From Neophaeotheca triangularis (taxonomy: Eukaryota): a stretch of DNA of 36,332 bases. The position numbers and the translations under genes are program-made. The stretch is from positions 1 to 36,332 of the forward strand of contig BAAIJX010000105.1 in NCBI GenBank assembly GCA_054600435.1, read 5' to 3'. Each line of letters starts with the position of its first letter. Positions within the stretch are counted from its first letter, which is position 1. The notes below the pieces were generated by a model. The model saw only the letters and a program-made list of their open reading frames with translations, ran no database searches and was not told the DNA's origin. Below are positions 30,965 to 36,332 of this stretch, piece after piece.

Positions 30965-31916
30965 ACGGACTGAGTGCGTACATATTAATGTGATCATGCC
31001 TGAAGGTTAAAGCTCTATTCAAAGTGAACACACAAGCGAGACTGACGAGGTGCGCGCTCCGGTCTTCGGCGAGTATTCGAATGAGCACTAAAGCAAGTCG
31101 CTGTCGCCGCTAGTGGAGTAGGATACAACAATCGCTCTGTCAAAAATGCAGGCCCTGGGCGTTTGCTTAAGCCAGCGTCGGCGAGGGAGCGGCAGGAGGT
31201 AGAGAACATGTAAAGATTGTTCTTGCGTACTACCTATCCGATCATGGCTGTGCTAGTTGGGACACGGGATCGAGTTATCTTTATGCCCCCTCGAGGGTAC
31301 GCACTACGTAGGTCCTGAGTGACCGCCCTCAGCCCAAGCTGACGCAGCAACACTTCACTTGCCAAGATCTTCGTGCACGCTAGCTTGAGGATGAATTGAT
31401 TCATCCTCCCCCATGCCTGTCCCGCAGGCTGAAGACCTCAGCGCCAACGTATCCCACGGAAATGGGTACATAGCTTGCGCTGCCTTCTGAAAGCGGAGGC
31501 CATACTGTGTCCAGCCTGCCTAGATATCAAGATGATGTGGTCGGACTAGCCAGGCACACCCTTCACTCATAGACAAGAAGGTGTTCCTGCGAGTGAAAAT
31601 TGCAAGCTCGAGGGCAAGGACTCGAAGCTCGCCTATTAGTATCTTAGCAGCCTTAGCATGGGAGTGCGCTCGCCGACACAGCCCCCGGCTTGGGACCTCT
31701 TCTTGTCGCCTTGCAGTCATGTCCAAAACGATGCCGAGAAGTTGATGTTGGGAATGAGACGGAAGTCTCCGTTGTCATCCATGATATGCTGCAAGAGGTA
31801 CACATTGGTCAAGAAGTTCAATAATAAGAAGGGTACCTTAGGTAGTTAAGGTTGCCGAAGCCCGCAAAGACTCGAGCTCATGCGAGATGTTGCGCGTTTA
31901 GGAAGCGCGAGGACGG

Positions 31917-31958
31917 CTCGTACCGGCCTCGTACCGACCTCGTACCGACCTCGCGTAC
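31917..31958 (+). promoter_or_regulatory. Tandem 11-bp-periodic CTCGTACCG array, SRE (TCGTATA)-like, upstream of the RTA1-like gene
   Basis: CTCGTACCG at 31917, 31928 and 31939, plus a degenerate CTCGCGTAC at 31950, about 500 bp upstream of ATG 32459. Confidence 0.55.
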
Positions 31959-32458
31959 AAAGCGAGGAAGACCCGAATGGGCTAGACTTCGCATAGACCC
32001 AGACCACTTGACAACCTTAACCCTTTCCCTTCCATCTCCCACTGCTGCGCCTAACTTCCTCGTCACCTCTCTCTCTCTCCCTCATGCGTCTCATCAGTCT
32101 GCTTCCAGACGGTAAACGCGAGGTGTTTGCGAGCCACCTACTGCCGCTTCGCGAGGTGAAGCCCGAGACGACGTTTTCGGACTACGCCCTTGATCAACCC
32201 TCGAGGTAATATAACCATGGAGGCATCCACGCTTCTGTTTCCTCTTTCCCTTCATTATTACTTTCTTAGCATTTCATCGTAGCGGCCCCGCTTTGCCGTA
32301 CCTCGTCCTTTTTATCTTCGGATTGTTTGAGTGTAACGCACAAGCCTTAATAAAGCGAAGCACCGCGCCTCTATAAAGTCGTCGTCCCAAAGTCGGCTGG
32401 AACACAAAGCGATACCAGGAGACGCCCTTAGGTTCGGGTACTGAGACAGGTTACTACG

Positions 32459-33400
32459 ATGGATAATTTCAAGATGCTTTTCAGCCGCCAGCAAGAAGAG
32501 GCTTCGTCGGATGCCCTGCAAGGATTTCAATACTACCACTACGATCCATCGCTACCGGCAGCAGTCATATTCGTCATCCTGTTTTTCCTTACAACGGCGC
32601 TTCAAACGTATCAATTTATCCGCACAAGAACATGGTTCCTCATCCCGTTTTGGATCGGTGGTCTCTGTGAGTAACCAATCGCCTGACAGGCCCGGTTTTC
32701 AGCCGCTGACATTTACCTCTCAGTCGAGACAGTAGGTTACATTGGCCGCGCCATCTCTTCCCAAGAGACTCCCGACTGGACCCTGGGCCCTTACATTATA
32801 CAAAGCATCCTCCTCCTCGTCGCCCCAGCCCTCTTCGCAGCCTCGGTGTACATGACGCTGGGCCGCATTTGCTTAATGGTAGAGGGCGACCACGCGCTCC
32901 TTGTCCGCCGCAAATGGACCACCAAATTCTTCGTCGCCGGCGACGTCATCTCCTTCCTAATGCAAGCAGCCGGCGGTGGATTGATGTCGCAGGCCGAGAA
33001 CGCCGACATGGGCTCCAACATTGTTGTCGCAGGTCTGTTCGTGCAGATTGTCTTCTTCGGCGGCTTCGTCATCACGTCGACCATCTTCCACGTCAGGCTG
33101 AACCGCAAGCCCACCAACAAATCCATGACGACGCCTTGGAAGAAGCACATGCTGGGCATGTACATCATCAGCATCCTCATCTTCGTCCGATCGATTGTCC
33201 GCGTCGTCGAGTTTATCCAAGGCTTCGACGGATACATCATCTCTCGCGAATGGTACCTCTATATCTTCGATGCGCTTGTTATGTGGATCGCTATGGTTGT
33301 GATGAATCTGATTCATCCGAGCGAGGTGGCGGCGCATATCAGAGGCAGTGGTATTGCCTCGAAGCGGGGCTACAAGATGGAGATGGTATCGCTTGTCTAA
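32459..33400 (+). CDS. RTA1-like lipid-translocating exporter family membrane protein
   Basis: join(32459..32666,32724..33400). Motifs: YHYDPSLPAA, FETVGYIGR, LLVAPALFAASVYMTLGRI, FVAGDVISFLMQAAGGG, RSIVRVVEF, EWYLYIFDA and HP. Confidence 0.93.
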
Positions 33401-34121
33401 GCCATGGACGTAGAGTGGGAGGATTAGTTCATTTTGTTTTGTGTGTTTGTTTGTGTCAGCGATATAGCCAGGGGTTCAAGTAGGATGGCAAACAGGAGTT
33501 GGAAGACTATCGGTCAGGATTAAGACGTGATCATAGATATGCGCAAATTGGAGCAGGGATCGGCATTTTGGGAAGTGCAGCTGGTGACCAACGGGCGTTG
33601 ATGGATCGTGAAATACATTTTTGATACACCAGTATTTTTAACTTAGTCCCTCAGCTCAGAAACAGGCCCATCAACCAGGGTCGGGAAGCTCGTGCAGTAG
33701 ATCTCCAGGGTGGAGAGGCATTCATCTCAAGCCTCTCGAACCGAAGCTTCACCCTAGCTATATTTACACCCCTGTGACTACAGAGGTTAGAGTGGCCTCT
33801 ACACGATTGACCTAGAGTCTTGTAAGGAGACAAGCAAAAGCTTCGTCCGTGGTAGACACGCACGCCACTTGGTCTGCTCACGGGCCCCAAGCATTCGGCG
33901 GACACCAGAACCTGAGCCTGGCGTTCTCGACCATGTAGCTCGCCGCGCAAACCCCCGACTGACACGTCCTACACATTCTGCGAGGCCGTGGGTTAGACCA
34001 AGGAGATAGTTCTTCGTGTAATGCTCTGTCGGGACACTACGTGCGATGTTCGAGTTGGTAGAGGAGGCGTTGTGAAGGTTCGAGGTGTTCCATTTGTTGC
34101 CTTGTCCTCTGGATGATTTTT

Positions 34122-34145
34122 TCGTACAATCCTCCTTTTCGTATA
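34122..34145 (+). promoter_or_regulatory. Paired SRE-like sites (TCGTACA, TCGTATA) upstream of the Upc2-like TF
   Basis: TCGTACA at 34122-34128 and an exact TCGTATA at 34139-34145, each preceded by a T run, about 480-500 bp upstream of ATG 34627. Confidence 0.5.
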
Positions 34146-34368
34146 GACGGTAGAGGAGTTAAGAGGGTGTGTTGGATGCCTACCTACTAAATGTCTTGGT
34201 CTGATTCAAGACCGTCAACGGTTGCCGACAAAGCCTTTCGGTTGTGGCAGTGAAGAAGCCTCGAAACCTTGAATGTTCGGCAAGTTCGAATGCTTGTCCT
34301 GATGAAGAAGAAGACTTCCCGCTTCCTTCGACATGAGGTGATGCGTCGCTGCATCTCAGCTTTCGCGA

Positions 34369-34422
34369 CTACAACAACAACGCCAACAACAACAACAACG
34401 CCAACAACAACAACAACAATAA
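34369..34422. repeat. (CAA)n microsatellite
   Basis: Interrupted CAA repeats upstream of the TF start codon. Confidence 0.85.
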
Positions 34423-34626
34423 CACAAGGTGGACTATACCTCTATACGACACCACAGTGGCATCGGGATTGGAATACTGCACACCGCAATGACGAAACGG
34501 TTTGGATTCTTTGGATCGGTGATATAGCGCCCGCCTCTTCACTTCACCGTATGCTTCAGTAATACATAGATTTCAGCACTACGACAACGAAGCAGGAGAA
34601 TTTCTACATGTACATCTGACTCCGCC

Positions 34627-36076
34627 ATGGACCCGGCCACGGACAACTCAAAAAGGACGACGCAGTCTCGCCAGCTGGGGAGCAAAAAGTCGCGGAGAGG
34701 GTGCACCCACTGCAAGCGCAGACGGGTGAAATGTGACGAACAAGCACCATGCAGTAATTGCACGCGAAGAGGAGAGCAGTGTAGTCTAGCCACTTTCTCC
34801 CCAGCGAGTGTAAGTGGCTTGTCCCGGATCTATCGCTTGACCGGCAGGCAAGGGTGCTGCTAACACTTTCATAATCAGGAAGCAGAGGCCGCCACCGCGT
34901 TCAACGAGGGCAGCGTAGATTGGATGCAAGACCTCAGCCTGATGAACCACTTCACCGCCAAGACTTGCCTGACCATCTTCGCCGGCCGGCAGGACATCCT
35001 CGAGCTTTGGAAGACTTATATACCCCAGACAGCCACCAGTCATCCCTCTCTAATGCACGCCATCCTCACACTCGCAGCACTACACCAGGCTTACCTGCAC
35101 CCCACACCGCGAGAACGAAACCACTACCTCGCCATCTACGACAAACACCACACCATCGCCATCGCTGCCTTTCGCTCTCGACTCGCAAATTTCCACCCTG
35201 ATGCCAGCGAGCACCTTTTCGCAATGTCCACCATCATCTCTGTTTGCGCTATGGCAGGCTTGCCGATACGATGCACCTCGGCCGACCCGCCAGTGCAGAT
35301 GACCATGGAGAACGTAGCCGAAATCTTCCTGCTAACGCGCGGCGTCCGAGAAGTCATCGGTATAGCGCGAGACTGGGTGATCCAGGGTCCGCTCAGCATC
35401 ATGTTCTACGGCCACTGTAAGCCAAAACCCCCATCCCCCGGCGCAACTCAAAAACAATCTCCGCCGAATCTCCCAACTAACCCCAAACCCCAACTCAACA
35501 GCCAGACCCGACGACGTAGAAGTAACCCTCAGCGACGAAGTCGAAACCCGTTTCACCATCCTTCGCGACCTAGTCCACGACGAATGCAGCACCGACGACG
35601 CGTCCCAAATCTGCCTCGAAACCCTCACCAAACTTCGAGACATCTTCGCCAACATCCAGTACTTCGGCCCCAAGACCCAATTCGGCAGCGGCGTCTACAT
35701 GTCCTTCATGACCAGCATACCCACGGACTTCACGCGACTGCTGCAAAACCACCACGTCGCCGCTCTCGTCATCCTGTACTACTATGCTTCCGTAACGTGC
35801 GCGGCCGTCTACACGTGGTTCGCAGGCGACTGGCCGAAACACGCGTGCGCGGCGGCGAGGGATGCGCTGCCGGCGAATTTCCACGGCGTGCTGGACTGGC
35901 CGGACGAGCAGGTGCGGTCGGAGTGGCCGGCGCTGAGGGCCGGGAGGGACAGGTTTTCTCGCGAGGGCAGCAGGCGGCGCGCCGAGAGTCACAGGCCCGA
36001 GGGCTTCCAACCGGATGGGTCCGGCGGCTATGTTACGTCGCCGCATCCTTCTAGCTGGGGGCCGACGCCGACTTGA
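34627..36076 (+). CDS. Upc2/Ecm22-like Zn(II)2Cys6 transcription factor
   Basis: join(34627..34809,34879..35416,35502..36076). DNA-binding domain KKSRRGCTHCKRRRVKCDEQAPCSNCTRRGEQC. C-terminal Upc2-type motifs DLSLMNHF, LMHAILTLAALH, LLTRGVR, ALVILYYYA and LDWP. Confidence 0.9.
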
Positions 36077-36332
36077 AGCTGGTTTCCGGGGGGCGTAAGG
36101 GGAGCGAGGCGTGGGCTTCGGTGGTGCTTGGGGGGTGGTTTCCAAACGCTGCTCTGGTGTTCCCATGATGCGGGATTTCAAGATGAGATGATGAAAAAAT
36201 TCTCACGAGCCACGCGAATGAACGTCACAGTCAGTCTAAAAGCAAGCAAGCAAGCAAGCGAGCAATCAAAAGTGGCGTACAGCAGCCAGCCACGCAAGCA
36301 AACCCTCATAGCCTACGCAAATGAGGAGGGGG

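Noticed and set aside
34111..34207. Possible C/D-box snoRNA (ATGAT…CTGA)
   Set aside because: The C box deviates from RTGATGA and no rRNA-complementary guide was recognised.
36182..36202. PAC-like GATGAG next to RRPE-like TGAAAAAATT
   Set aside because: It lies just downstream of the TF stop, no target gene is visible in the window, and these motifs are mainly established in yeasts.

Overview
Eukaryotic, intron-containing DNA from a filamentous ascomycete. The evidence is GT/GC-AG introns with CTRAY branch points, Zn2Cys6 transcription factors and RIP-type mutated repeats. A Dothideomycete origin is plausible but is only inference. I can support 13 protein-coding genes, with splice junctions resolved by hand: a GT32-type glycosyltransferase, an alpha/beta-hydrolase-fold protein lacking its catalytic Ser, a 2OG-Fe(II) dioxygenase, VPS27, DOA4, an ACS-family MFS transporter, MAK5, an uncharacterised coiled-coil/RGG protein, an SDR, a C2H2+Zn2Cys6 hybrid TF, a GH127 beta-L-arabinofuranosidase, an RTA1-like protein and an Upc2-like TF. 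There are also several satellites. Best leads: (1) an RTA1 + Upc2-like TF module with SRE-like TCGTA[C/T] sites upstream of both genes, including an 11-bp-phased array; (2) a head-to-head VPS27/DOA4 pair from the same ESCRT/MVB pathway; (3) a RIP-mutated ~115-bp repeat array fused in frame into the glycosyltransferase 3' end; (4) an SDR-TF-GH127 mini-cluster in which both divergent genes need GC-AG introns; (5) long, self-pairing introns resembling introner-like elements; (6) a possible remote Gfd1-like protein; (7) a recurring C-rich to G-rich switch towards gene 3' ends. No tRNA, rRNA, CRISPR array or intact transposon was recognised. All calls were made by eye, without database searches.
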